Source: Marsupella aquatica
Taxonomy: Eukaryota > Plantae > Marchantiophyta
Assembly: GCA_973895155.1 (NCBI GenBank)
Contig: OZ316899.1
Coordinates: 9,360,287 to 9,424,286, forward strand
Direction: 5' to 3'
Length of the DNA: 64,000 nucleotides
The translations under genes were made by a program, and so were the position numbers. Numbering within the stretch: the first letter of the stretch is position 1; every line of letters begins with the position of its first letter. The notes under the pieces were generated by a model. That model worked only from the letters and a program-made list of their open reading frames with translations, searched no databases and was not told where the DNA came from. Shown in pieces: positions 23,236 through 34,116 of this stretch.

Positions 23236-26200
23236 TGTGGTGCGTCCCATGGCTCCCTAAACCCAAGAAACCCCCCAGCTCAAGCCGATTCCCGCAGGTT
23301 TCGCGCTTGGCGAGGCCGTTTCCACGGCTTAGCGGCATGGGACGCTGCTAACCTTCTACTACTACTATTAACATTTTACACACATATACTGGACAGATCC
23401 TTCATCGGGTCATGAGATACGTAGCCGGCCTAATATAGGCCTTCCCCTGTCTTCCCCTGTCTTCCCCTCCGTCTCGTTAGGTATGTTTGGATTCCGCCGC
23501 CGGAATGATCCCCAATAGGCTTGGTTAAGCCGCTAAGACCTCTCTCAGCTCGACACATCCAACTCTCACTCCCCTGCTTACTTTCCTTCGTTCTGTTGAT
23601 GTGGGCACTCTTCACACAAGTTAATGCGACACACAAATAGCAAAATGACTCATTCTGACTGAGTCATACCATGCACTTGCCATACAAACAGTACATCTCA
23701 TACACAAGTTCTGCGAACTAAGCCGTGAGGCCAACTCTATTCAGCTCTTAGGCATGAGGAAACATGAATATACACAAGGGTCACTGTATGACTAACCGAG
23801 AGCTTCTCGTACTACTTGATCCCAGCCCGGCTGGTGCAAACTAAAAACTTGCTAAAGAAGAGGCCCTGAGCTCCCCGCTGCCCAGGTACTTATCCTGGTA
23901 GTGGATCCGCCATTCTTTGCATCGTAAGCCTAATCTACTTAACAGTAATCTACTTGCCCGAATCTACCTATGTACAGCAAGGCAGGAGCACAAGTGTTGC
24001 TCCTACCAGTGGGACCGCAATCCCACTAAGCTAAGTGTCAGGGCCGCTCCTGGTTCTGATCCTAATCCTAAACGTGGAGATCCGTGCCCGCCCTGCCCAC
24101 TCACGCCTCCTCCCTCCACGTCCGCCCTCCCTAAAAGGAACGGCGCCCTTGCACCGTCACGACACCGGTGGTGGATCCTCAATGGACGCCCCCAACACTT
24201 CCTCCGCAGCCACTGCCGTTGGCCCGCCTACTGACAGATTACCTGCCCTTGACCGAGTCAACTCTCCCTCGGCCTGACTGGGTCCACCTTCGGCTTCAGC
24301 CTCGACACCGGCCTCGGCAATACCCACGGCTTCAGCCTCAGCCACTCTCACGGCTTCGGCTTCAGCCACTCCCTCGGCTTCGGCTTCCCCTTCCCCTAGG
24401 GTAGTTGGATCCTTAGCCGTGACCCTGTCTGGGGTCGGTGCTGGGTCTACCTCCTTGATCACCACGGCCTGTGAAGTCGTATTACTCCTTGACCCTGAAG
24501 GTTTCCGCTTCTTCTTCGTTGGTGGCTCGGCAGCTGGTCCCTTCCCCTTCCCACTTAATTCCGGCACTGGTGCAGGTGGCGCGGCTTGTCCTTCGGCAAT
24601 TACCACCCCTGGTAACTGGTTTGTCCCAATAGGAGATGGACCTGCTGCAGCTAAGCATTTAAATACTGCGGCTTGTTTCTTCAGCCGCTCTGTTTGGTTG
24701 TCGGCCCGCCGCTGTAGGTTCTCCATCTTCCTCGTGATTTCCTCCAACTCCTCTTGGGTTTCATCCAGGTCCTTACGTGCCCCCTCCAGCTCGTTTTTGG
24801 CCTCCTCCTGCTCCCTGTGGGCTTCCTCCAATTCCTTCTTCAAGGTAGCCCTCTCCTCCTGGGTTGTTCTTAGCTCCTTGTCGAGCTCTGCAATGATGAC
24901 AGACTCCATCTGGTTCATCTTGGCGTAAGTCTGTTCGAGCATCTCGTCCTTCTCCCTTAGGTCGGCCTTGAAGCTGGCCGTCAGGGACGCAAGCTCCTGC
25001 TGCAGCGCCATAATCCCTTGATAGGATTTCCCTAACTCGACCTCCTTCTGCTCAAGGGCTCCGCGGATTTTCTCGAGCTCCCCTTTCAACGCCCATTCCT
25101 TTCTTTGGGTCTCCGCCATGGCCCGGCTGTTGGCTGTTATGTGGGCCTCCTCTGTATTCTTCAGCTCTTGCTTCCACTTTTCCCTTTCTTTGATCGTGTC
25201 GGCCAACTCTTCCTGCGTCTGAGTCAGTTTATCCTTGATATTCTGATTATCAGCCTGCGCGGCGTCCAACTGCCCCTGCATGATGTTCAGCTCATGTCGT
25301 TTAATCCGCAGTTCATCTTGGGCTTTCTTGGCCGCCCTTAGATCTTCAATCTCGGCTTCCATCCTCCTAAGCCGCCGAATGACCTCGTCCTTCTTGCTTC
25401 TCTCTAAAGCCACCGCTTCTTCTAATTGGTGCTTCTCCAACTGCTCCCTATGGAAAAAGGGTCCTACCTCCAACTCCTCTCCAAAGATGCCGAGCGCAAG
25501 TTCCCCACACATCTCACCATACTCCATGGCTCTATTCTTAGCGTAGGTGGAGTAAGTAGAAGTGATCGGCATCGCCCATCGTGGCCTCTGCTCCCAAGCC
25601 GTCCTGCGGATCTCTTCAATCGTGGCTAGAGGTTTGCTTCCTTTTTCGGCTAGCCGCCTGATGTCCTCCGGCCAATCTCCTCCTGGTAAATCCTTTTCCT
25701 TAGCCAGGGCGGCCTCTTCCTCCTGCTTGATTCGCTCCTGAAATTCCTGCACCGTCTGTTTTATGCCGTCGAAGCTCGGGGGAGCAACATCTGGTGGGGG
25801 AGACTCAGGGCTACTCTGTTGGTTGGGGTCCCCTCGCACTACCCTTGGAAGTGTGGGGACAAACCGGCCACAGGTCCTTACTCCTGGAACGTGATGGTCC
25901 GACCCATAGCCGGAATTATCATGGCTGCAGTCCTCCACTGCCTCCTCTACCTCTTGGATTTCCGGCTTCTCCTTCTCCTCTTCCTCGGTAGGAGCTTCAG
26001 GCAATTCTGCCTCAGATTCGGAGCTTGAGGTTCCCACGTACATTCGAACACCTGGCTTGGATCCCGGCCTGATTCTCTCGTCTCCAGCAAAGGGGTTTTC
26101 TCTTGTGAGCCGGTGTAGGCCTACCTCTGTAGTAGTGTCCTGCATGGTTGCCGTTGCCGTTGTTGTTGCCGATGCCGATTTCTTTTCTTTCTCCAGTAGT

Positions 26201-27892
26201 TTCAGCAGACTCTGCATGCCTGGTTGCTGCATCGGCAAGTCTTCCTTCCTGGGCCTAAACACCTGCTCGATCGTAGGACTAACAGGTGGTTGAGGCTTCT
26301 CAGCCAACGGCCTCGGCGTTGGAGCTTCCTCGGGTGCCCTTACCTGCAGGGGAAGTACCGGGGCAAAAGTCTGACCTCTGGCATACCGGCACAACAGCGG
26401 CATGTGATAGCCAAGCCGCGACACGCTCCCCATGCCGATTACCTGCTGCTCCTCCTTTAAGATCTTCTTCAATTGGTTGAGGAGGTACCCGTTGTAGTCC
26501 CGGCTTGGGTCTGGCCTTTCTGCCAGATAGACCTGTGCCTTGCCGATCTCTGCCCTCAGCAAGTTACAATGCATGGTCACCCGCAAGAAGTCGATCATCT
26601 CTCCTATGTGCGGGTTGGTGCAGGTGTTCCGGAAGAAGCCATTCTTCGTTGATGGCCCGGGGAACGACCGGAACTCCTTGTCAGGCAAGGTCTTCCTGGT
26701 ATCAACTTTGGTCTTATTGCCCATCGGCAAGCCAAACACTTCGGCAATCACCTTGGGAGTAAGATAGAAATCCTTCCCATATATCCTCGTGCAATTGGTC
26801 TCGGGTTCCCATGACCCCACGAATTCTAATAGGTCTGACTCCGGTACCTCCGGCTTCAGCCATGGTAATCTTACAAAGGCCTCCAAGCCGGATCCGGCCA
26901 TGAAGCCTTGGTACTTCTTGGTCTGCATGGCCGTAAAGCATGCATCCTCCTCCCGTGCAAAATGTAGTTGCACCTCCACCGGTAGGGTTGCCGCCCAGCC
27001 CTTCCAGGTGTCATCCCTGGTTGGAATGGCCTTGATGGGATCGACCTCCTCCTCTTTGGCTTCTCCCTGCCTCCTGCTCTGCTGCTCGGCTGGCTTCTTT
27101 GGTGCCGTCGACCTCGTTCTTTTTGCCGGGGTGGCTTCATCGTTGACGGCTCCCTTCCTCTTCATCTCTGCTGCCGTGGAGGTTTCTCCTAGCACCGTTG
27201 CCTGGGTCCACCTTTCCGTGCTACCCTTTAATTCCCAGTGTATGTCGTTGCAGTTCTTGATGGCCTCTCGGATGCCGACGACGCTGTCCTTGCAAAACAG
27301 AAGATCGTCGAGTTGATTGGAAGTAGGTGTCCACAGGAACTCGTCCTTGATGAGTTCGCCTCCTAAGAAAGCCGTCTTCTGCAGCTCCCACAATCGAGCG
27401 AGCTCCTGCCGTTCTCGAGCTGCCCTTTCTGACTCCTCGTCCTCGTAAGTCTTGATGTACTCAGTTGCCCGTTCGAACAGGCATCCCCAGAAATGTGCCG
27501 CTTGATTGACGTTGCTCATACCCTCCTTAGGTTGATCGTCGGTATCTACTCTCTCCCCGAGTGCTTGCCTAAGCAGCTGACAGTAGTTGGCCTCCCGTAG
27601 TCGTCTGCCTAGTTCGTGCTCGCAAATGAGCCACCATCTCCTGCAAGCGCTCCTTACCCCTCTCCTCTGCCGGTCCTTCTTCCCGTTGATCCTTCCTAGC
27701 CGCCGACGCTTAACGCGCCATAACCCTAATCGGGTTTTCACCCTCAGCCTTACCTCCGGCCTCTGCCCGGGTTCCATGGTTGCCCCTAATTGTTTATATT
27801 TTCCTTGTTTTGTCACTATACTAAGGTGTTCCTAGGGTGCCTTCCTGCTTTACCCACTTAACCGGCCGAGTGATTCCTGTCTAGGCATCACA
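23236..27892 (-). repeat. 3' LTR, 4,657 bp
   Basis: Direct repeat of 34117-38773 (offset 10,881); about 11 substitutions seen by eye, all transitions. Confidence 0.96.
24157..27777 (-). CDS. LTR-encoded ~1,206-aa protein: basic N-terminus, PMD/plant-transposon-protein-like domain, long coiled coil, AE-rich tail
   Basis: Uninterrupted ORF, first ATG at 27777. GLEAFVRLPW..LLEFVGSW..IYGKDFYLTPKVIAEVFGLP motif; heptad-rich region ~aa 790-1060. Confidence 0.88.
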   Translation of the reverse strand: MEPGQRPEVRLRVKTRLGLWRVKRRRLGRINGKKDRQRRGVRSACRRWWLICEHELGRRLREANYCQLLRQALGERVDTDDQPKEGMSNVNQAAHFWGCLFERATEYIKTYEDEESERAARERQELARLWELQKTAFLGGELIKDEFLWTPTSNQLDDLLFCKDSVVGIREAIKNCNDIHWELKGSTERWTQATVLGETSTAAEMKRKGAVNDEATPAKRTRSTAPKKPAEQQSRRQGEAKEEEVDPIKAIPTRDDTWKGWAATLPVEVQLHFAREEDACFTAMQTKKYQGFMAGSGLEAFVRLPWLKPEVPESDLLEFVGSWEPETNCTRIYGKDFYLTPKVIAEVFGLPMGNKTKVDTRKTLPDKEFRSFPGPSTKNGFFRNTCTNPHIGEMIDFLRVTMHCNLLRAEIGKAQVYLAERPDPSRDYNGYLLNQLKKILKEEQQVIGMGSVSRLGYHMPLLCRYARGQTFAPVLPLQVRAPEEAPTPRPLAEKPQPPVSPTIEQVFRPRKEDLPMQQPGMQSLLKLLEKEKKSASATTTATATMQDTTTEVGLHRLTRENPFAGDERIRPGSKPGVRMYVGTSSSESEAELPEAPTEEEEKEKPEIQEVEEAVEDCSHDNSGYGSDHHVPGVRTCGRFVPTLPRVVRGDPNQQSSPESPPPDVAPPSFDGIKQTVQEFQERIKQEEEAALAKEKDLPGGDWPEDIRRLAEKGSKPLATIEEIRRTAWEQRPRWAMPITSTYSTYAKNRAMEYGEMCGELALGIFGEELEVGPFFHREQLEKHQLEEAVALERSKKDEVIRRLRRMEAEIEDLRAAKKAQDELRIKRHELNIMQGQLDAAQADNQNIKDKLTQTQEELADTIKEREKWKQELKNTEEAHITANSRAMAETQRKEWALKGELEKIRGALEQKEVELGKSYQGIMALQQELASLTASFKADLREKDEMLEQTYAKMNQMESVIIAELDKELRTTQEERATLKKELEEAHREQEEAKNELEGARKDLDETQEELEEITRKMENLQRRADNQTERLKKQAAVFKCLAAAGPSPIGTNQLPGVVIAEGQAAPPAPVPELSGKGKGPAAEPPTKKKRKPSGSRSNTTSQAVVIKEVDPAPTPDRVTAKDPTTLGEGEAEAEGVAEAEAVRVAEAEAVGIAEAGVEAEAEGGPSQAEGELTRSRAGNLSVGGPTAVAAEEVLGASIEDPPPVS

Positions 27893-30800
27893 TAGCTCCC
27901 CACTTAATTGTGAAGCGTCCTCGCGAACAACTTCATCTTCGTCCATATAGTATTTCTTGAGGCGGTCATAATGGATGCGAACTGGATATACCTCTCCCGT
28001 AATGTTGGCCAATTGCACGGAGCCATTGGGGAACATCATGGTTACTCTAAAGGGTCCTAACCAGCGAGTGTAAAGCTTTCCTGGAAACCTACTATACCTA
28101 CTGTCATAAAGTAGCACAAGATCACCGGTATGAATACTAACTACTTTTAACCTTTTATCATACTGCTGCTTCATGATATTCTGTCTATATTCTACTCTCT
28201 CGGCTGAAATCATTCTCGCTTCCTCTAAAGCTTCTAACCTATATTCTCGCTCCTTTAGGCTCTCCTCCGCTGAGGCTCTTTCCTCAATTGTAACTTGAAA
28301 TGTCGGTATCTCAAGTTGCATGGGTACCAGGGCTTCTTGTCCAAAGGTTAAGAAGAAGGGTGTATGACCGGTAGTGGATTTATAGGCAAGATTGTAAGCA
28401 AAAACAACAGCAAACAATTTATCATCCCAATCGAGTTTGTTCTGAGCTACTGTTTTGTTCAATATCTTTCCTATGATTCCGTTTGCTCGTTCTGTCAACC
28501 CGTTTGCCTTTGGATGGTAGGGAGTAGTAGGCCTATGTTTAACTAAATACTGCTCATTTAAACGACTAATTATATCATTCAAAAAATGGGTTCCTCTATC
28601 ACTAACTAATTCTAGGGGTGCTCCATACCTGGTGAAGATCTGCTCATACATGAATCTAGCCGTAGTAATTGCATCATCCTTCGTTGTTGGTCTGGCCTCT
28701 ACCCATTTAGTTGCATAATCCGTAGCCAGGATTATGTACTTGTTCCGTCGAGGGTGGGTCAGTGGTTTCAGAGGTCCAATGTAATCAATACCCCACTTCT
28801 CGAATGGTGCCAGAGGTAGAATAGGGTGCAGTGGATGCCTGGTGGACGCCCTTGGTCCTCCCGCTCGTTGACAAGGATCGCATTGTTTGATAAACTGATA
28901 GACATCTTTGTGCAAGGTGGGCCACCAGTAACCGGCATTTAATATCTTCTTAGACGTGGTTACTGGGGCAAAATGTCCTCCGGCCTCCTCTCCATGCATG
29001 GCCCGTAGGACTCGTTTTACCTCTCTCTTCTCCAAACACCTTTGAATCGTGCCGTTGATTCCATGCTTGTGCAGTATGCCTTTAATGCACTGATACTGTC
29101 TGACCTTCCGCACAAAGACTGCGGCTTGCTCTCGGCTTAATCCTGGCTGTAATCTGGAAGTGCTGAGAAATTGTAAAATCTCAGGGTACCATGTACCAGC
29201 TATTTCCACAACGAATAGCTCCTCGTCGGGGAATCGATCATCGATGCAATCCGTGGCAGGTTTACCTGTGATCCTTGAAAAGAAGTCGGCATTGGCATGT
29301 AACTTTCCTGGCTTGATCCTCAGCTCATAGTCAAACTCCTGTAATAGCAAAATCCATCTTGCTACTCTGCCTGTAAGGTCCGGCTTATTGACTAGGTACT
29401 TCAAACTTTCATGATCAGTATGAAAGATTACCTTGTACCCTAGTAAATAATGCCTAAACTTTTTACAAGAATAAATGACTCCTAATGCTTCTCTTTCCGT
29501 GGTAGAGTAGTTCCGTTCGGCATCGGCAAGCTGACGGCTTGCGAAGTATATGGGATGGTCCCTTCTTTTCTCATCCAACTGACTTAGTACTGAGCCAATA
29601 CAGAAGCCCGAGACATCTACAAAAACATGAAAATCTTTGTTCCAGTCCGGTGCTATCATGACTGGGGCCTCTACTAACATCTGCTTCAATTCTACCACCG
29701 CTGTGACTCGTTCGGGTGTGGGTTCGAAGTCTGCTCCTGCCTTGAGCATATTGGTTAATGGTAAAGCTAGCTTGGCAAAATCCTTGATGAACCGGCGATA
29801 GTAACCAATGCATCCCAAGAAGGATCTTACATCCTTTATGTTCTTAGGTTGCATGATATCTAGCCATACTGCTAGCTTACCTTTGTCAATCTCAATGCCC
29901 TTCCTTGATACCTTGTGACCTAGTAGCACCCCCTCGGTTACTGCAAAAAAACATTTATCTGGGTGTAACTTGAGACCCACCTCCCTACATCTCATGAAGG
30001 TTTTCCTGAGGTATTTAGCATGTTTCGATGCCTTCCCGAATACTGCAAAGTCATCAATGAAGATTTCCATGAACTTTCTCAAGTAATCATGAAAAATGTT
30101 CACCATTAATCGTTGGAACATAGCTGGTGCGTTGCAGAGTCCAAACGGCATACGATTGAAGACATAGATCCCCCATTCCGTGATGAAGGCCGTCTTGATT
30201 TGGTCTTCCTGCCGAATCCTGATTTGGTTATAACCAGAGTATCCATCCATGAATGAATATAGTTCATGACTGGCTACCATGTCTAGTACCATATCAGTAA
30301 ACGGTAAAGGAAAATGGTCTTTTAATGTTGCTTCATTCAGCTTCCTGTAATCCTGACAAACCCGGATCTTGGGTTTACCATCGGGTCCAGCTTTCTTGGG
30401 AACTATCACAATTGGAGACACCCAGTCTGAATGCAGGACTGGAGTGATGAATCCAGCTTCCACTAGTTTGTCGATTTCTGTTTTGACCAGCAGGGAATAC
30501 CTCGGGTTCATCCTTCGAATTGGTTGTCGAAATGATTTGGCTCCTAACATGAGATCAATTCGATGTTCCCCTAGTGTTGGATCTACGCCCTTTAGATCTT
30601 GGTGACTCCATGCAAACACATCCTGAAATTCAATCAATAAGTCACTGATCTCTTTCTCGAGCTCAGGTGCTAGGTTTCTCCCTAAGTTCAGTTCTCTTCC
30701 CTCTCCTAAGTCGAGCTTCCGATATTGCCGTGCTTGGATCATATTAATCTGCTTCTTCAAATTCGGGTCCAGTTCGGCTTCCAGTCTCTCTAATCTCATA

Positions 30801-31123
30801 CCTCCATAAACTGGGATCTCGGCTGGACTAGCCGAGTCGGTCCCTTCCTTGGTGTCCATAGATGGTCTCCTTACCGGTCTATTCGGTTTTGAATTAGTGG
30901 TCGGCTCCCCTTCCTGCCTTGGCTCTGGATCGTGTCTGTCCATCTCATCCACCTCTTGCTCCTGAGAGTTAGGCCGCTGTGCTCTCTCGGCTTCTAATAG
31001 GGCCTCAATTTGTTCTGCCCTCGTAATCGGCTTGTATGCCGATCCCTTGGTATTTAATTCCTTGCCGATGATCGATGGCGTTGTGGACCCCGTCGGCTCT
31101 GCCACAACGCCTGCAGAAAATCC
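27881..31123 (-). CDS. pol: pol: reverse transcriptase, RNase H, integrase (intact; probably reached by -1 frameshift)
   Basis: RVCQDYRKLN, MDGYSGYNQI, FIDD; RNase H VDVSG..NYSTTERE; HHCC, WGIDYIGP, SDRGTHF, YHPKANGLTE, WLGPF. The stop codon lies inside the 3' LTR. Confidence 0.96.
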   Translation of the reverse strand, partial: GFSAGVVAEPTGSTTPSIIGKELNTKGSAYKPITRAEQIEALLEAERAQRPNSQEQEVDEMDRHDPEPRQEGEPTTNSKPNRPVRRPSMDTKEGTDSASPAEIPVYGGMRLERLEAELDPNLKKQINMIQARQYRKLDLGEGRELNLGRNLAPELEKEISDLLIEFQDVFAWSHQDLKGVDPTLGEHRIDLMLGAKSFRQPIRRMNPRYSLLVKTEIDKLVEAGFITPVLHSDWVSPIVIVPKKAGPDGKPKIRVCQDYRKLNEATLKDHFPLPFTDMVLDMVASHELYSFMDGYSGYNQIRIRQEDQIKTAFITEWGIYVFNRMPFGLCNAPAMFQRLMVNIFHDYLRKFMEIFIDDFAVFGKASKHAKYLRKTFMRCREVGLKLHPDKCFFAVTEGVLLGHKVSRKGIEIDKGKLAVWLDIMQPKNIKDVRSFLGCIGYYRRFIKDFAKLALPLTNMLKAGADFEPTPERVTAVVELKQMLVEAPVMIAPDWNKDFHVFVDVSGFCIGSVLSQLDEKRRDHPIYFASRQLADAERNYSTTEREALGVIYSCKKFRHYLLGYKVIFHTDHESLKYLVNKPDLTGRVARWILLLQEFDYELRIKPGKLHANADFFSRITGKPATDCIDDRFPDEELFVVEIAGTWYPEILQFLSTSRLQPGLSREQAAVFVRKVRQYQCIKGILHKHGINGTIQRCLEKREVKRVLRAMHGEEAGGHFAPVTTSKKILNAGYWWPTLHKDVYQFIKQCDPCQRAGGPRASTRHPLHPILPLAPFEKWGIDYIGPLKPLTHPRRNKYIILATDYATKWVEARPTTKDDAITTARFMYEQIFTRYGAPLELVSDRGTHFLNDIISRLNEQYLVKHRPTTPYHPKANGLTERANGIIGKILNKTVAQNKLDWDDKLFAVVFAYNLAYKSTTGHTPFFLTFGQEALVPMQLEIPTFQVTIEERASAEESLKEREYRLEALEEARMISAERVEYRQNIMKQQYDKRLKVVSIHTGDLVLLYDSRYSRFPGKLYTRWLGPFRVTMMFPNGSVQLANITGEVYPVRIHYDRLKKYYMDEDEVVREDASQLSGELCDA
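27896..27906 (-). other. Polypurine tract
   Basis: Minus strand TAAGTGGGGAG-CTA immediately before the TGTGATGCC start of the 3' LTR. Confidence 0.65.
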
Positions 31124-34047
31124 ACTGTCCCTGCTACTGCTCCCCACTTAGCCGTTTCATCCAATTGGTCTACATCCTTAACTTCCTCCGGAATTGCAGC
31201 TAAAAAGGTGGATTCTATTGTAAAGCAGTCCTCGACCTCTTCGTCTTCTTCTTCCAAGTCACCTTCCATTGGTTCTTGCCATAATCCGCTGGGGGGTACC
31301 TCTGGTCCAAAGACACCTTCTTCGGTTAGGTTAGTGAAGCATTCTAACCAACGTACTTCATCGGCTGACTCCAGTCCACTATCGTACCCATCTACTTCCC
31401 TTATGCTTTTCCTACGGTCATCCTTAGTGTCCCAGGATACCGTGATAGAGGGGGTCCCGAAAGTGAACTGCTTTTTACCCCAATCTTCTATTACCTCGGC
31501 TAGGTACAGCCATGGCCTACCAATCAATAGCCGGAATGACGTAGGATTTACCGGCTTCATTACTACATAGTTAATGCTAAAGAAGATACCTCCTATCTCT
31601 GTCTTGATGCCGGTTAACACTCCCGTCGGAATGACCTGATATCCATTGGCCATGTTCAACACTCTTCCAGTCATCTCCGGTGTTAGACCCCACCCTTTTG
31701 CTGTTGAATCAATCATAATACATACCCCTGATCCTCCATCGATGGGTACCCGTAGTAATAATTCTCCTTGAATCATTAATGGTAATGCTGGGGCTCCTTG
31801 ATCTTCTTCTATCATTAGTACGTCGGATCTGGTTGCTACCTTGGGTAATCTCGGCTTGCCGAGAATAGCCTTCCTTAATTGCTTCCGGAAGTACGGGCTA
31901 TTTTTCAATAGTTGACCTACTGTTGCCGAGACTCTAGATTCTAGTACATCTTTAGCCAGGTCATAGGGAACAATCGGCTTCTCCTCTGGTGGTGTTTCCG
32001 TCTTGGATTCGGCCAGTTTTGCCACGCTAGTCTCCACAGCTGTTGGGTCTTCCGAAGCAAACAATGCTTTTGCTCGTTTTACATCCTTGGCAATGGCTTC
32101 GGTATTCTCCAGGGTTTCTAATTCTCTTAGTTGTTCCTTAACACTAGCCGTAACAGAGGGGTAGAACAACTTAGGATGATCTCGATTGAAGTCGCTATCT
32201 TGTGAAGGATTGGTTTCAATGGTGGGCTCATGGCTTACCTGTATTGCCGGAGCCCTCCCTTCTTCTTCTGTTGATGTTGACGAAGAGTCGATCCTTTCCT
32301 TCGTAACCTTCCCTTTATTTTTGGCCAGCCCATCCCACCTTTCCTTCCTTCTGGTAGATCGAGTAGAGACCCGGTAGCAATCATGATCTAAATCCTCCTC
32401 TGAGAAGGTTGATAGGGCTTCGGCCTCATCATCAGATGGTACGAACTCTGCCTCGGCATCCTCTTGCCATCCTAGTTCGATGTGGTTGATTTGAACTCCT
32501 CCGGGGGTAGTACCTGGCGGTAAGATCTTGATCGGCAAAAGCTTATGATTTGCGGCCAGGCCTGCCAACCAAGTAGGACATTGCCCTAGCATATGACCTT
32601 CCTATCGGCATCCCATACATAGCTGAGCTGGTTGTCCATCACCCTGTTTGCGTGCATTCGGGCATTCTCTAGCAAAATGGCCAGGTTGACCACAATTATA
32701 GCACGCCGCAAATCTTTGCACATTCGGCCTAGGAGGTACTGACGGGTTCTGAATAATCCGAGGATACATCTCTCCTGGATTGTTCCTTAACCCTGACCAT
32801 AGAGATGCAGGTCTGTTGGATAGGTCTCGTGCTCCAGTCTCACTGATGCCGAAAACACTATCAGCGGCATCTCCCAAAAAGTACTCTACTTCTCCCTGAC
32901 ATGGTCTGATCTCGGCCACATGCCGAACATGATTAGTATTAAGCTTAGGACAAGCATCTTTATGGTGTCCGGTTTTATAACATAAGGCACACCATACAGA
33001 GCTATCCTCCTGTACTACCTTCTTCTTTGGTTTTACCTCTGCAATGATAGCCTTAAGTTGCTCGGTAAGGGCTACGATGTTATCTGGTGGCTTAGCCTCC
33101 ATCTTGACTTTCGTCTTCCCTCTCCTTCTGCCCTTCCTTTTCCTAGTTTTTTCTTCTTCAGAACTAGAAGATGACTCACTCTTGCTACTCCCACTATTCG
33201 AGCTTGACTTATCACTTCTAGACTTCTTGGAATGTTTCTTCTTCTTATCTTTTTTCTTATGGGGTGATCCCTCCTCTGATGAGGAACTCTCAGACTTAAG
33301 CTGTTTCTTCCGGCTTGTGATATCTGCATTAATGTATAATTGAATATCCTTAATTGCTTCGGCTAAGGTCTCCGGGTTCTCCTTCCTAATTGCAAAACTC
33401 ATCTTCTGTGGCAAAGCATTCACCAACCATTGAAGTTGCATACCTTCAGATGCATTGGTCTTTGTACGTCTTACCAGTTTCTGAAAGCGTTGCAAGAACT
33501 TCCTGAAGGATTTGTTCTCCTTGAACCGAAGTTGTCCCAACTTCAGCACTGCTAGTTCTGAAGTTCCAATGGGTCGAAACTCCTTAACAAAGAGTGTTTT
33601 GAAGATATCCCAGATGGCTTGATCTTCCACATCTAATGCTCTGTACCAAGGCCTAGCCTCACCCTTGAACAGGCCGGGAAGAATCTGCATCTTGATGGCC
33701 GATTCTCCATTTGCTGCAGCGGTTCCCTCGAAATCATCCAACCATTCGTCCGGATCCTCATCTCCTCTCCCATGAAATGCCTTGTAATGTATGCGCGACC
33801 GCTGGCTCAATCTGGTCCCTGGCCTCTCGTCTGGCCGTGCCTCTGGTTCCCCCATGTCGGTTGGAGACTCACTTCTCCTTACCGACTCTTCTTCTGGTAT
33901 GTCTTCTTCGACGCCACTTCCAGTTTCGGAGCTACCAGCTCTTTCTGCCCCTCTCAGTCGCTGTGTATCATGCCACCCGGCGAGCTGCTGCAGTCGAGCT
34001 CTCTCCCGTTGAATCACTCTTTCTTCCCTCGGTGTAAGGTCAGTCAT
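31054..34047 (-). CDS. gag: gag-protease, one frame with a single TAG at 32602-32604 inside a zinc knuckle
   Basis: FHGRGDEDPDEWL, knuckles CALCYKTGHHKDAC, CYNCGQPGHFAREC and CMGCR*EGHMLGQC; protease VPIDGGSG..LLIGRPWL. Confidence 0.9.
31064..31123 (-). promoter_or_regulatory. Putative -1 programmed ribosomal frameshift signal between protease and RT
   Basis: In-phase G GAT TTT (31123-31117), 5-nt spacer, perfect 10-bp stem GGCGTTGTGG/CCACAACGCC; loop GCCGA can pair with downstream TCGGC. The RT ORF is in the -1 frame. Confidence 0.75.
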
Positions 34048-34094
34048 TACCTACGCTTCCGTTCTAACTTCATATCTCACGGCTTAAGAAATGC

Positions 34095-34112
34095 CCCCTC
34101 CATCTAGCGCCA
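34095..34112 (-). other. Primer binding site, tRNA-Asn-like
   Basis: Minus strand TTTT-TGGCGCTAGATGGAGGGG after the 5' LTR; one mismatch to the plant tRNA-Asn(GTT) 3' end as I recall it. Confidence 0.75.
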
Positions 34113-34116
34113 AAAA

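Noticed and set aside
24157-27777. LTR ORF as an envelope gene
   Set aside because: No signal peptide or transmembrane stretch is visible; the protein is hydrophilic with NLS-like and coiled-coil regions.
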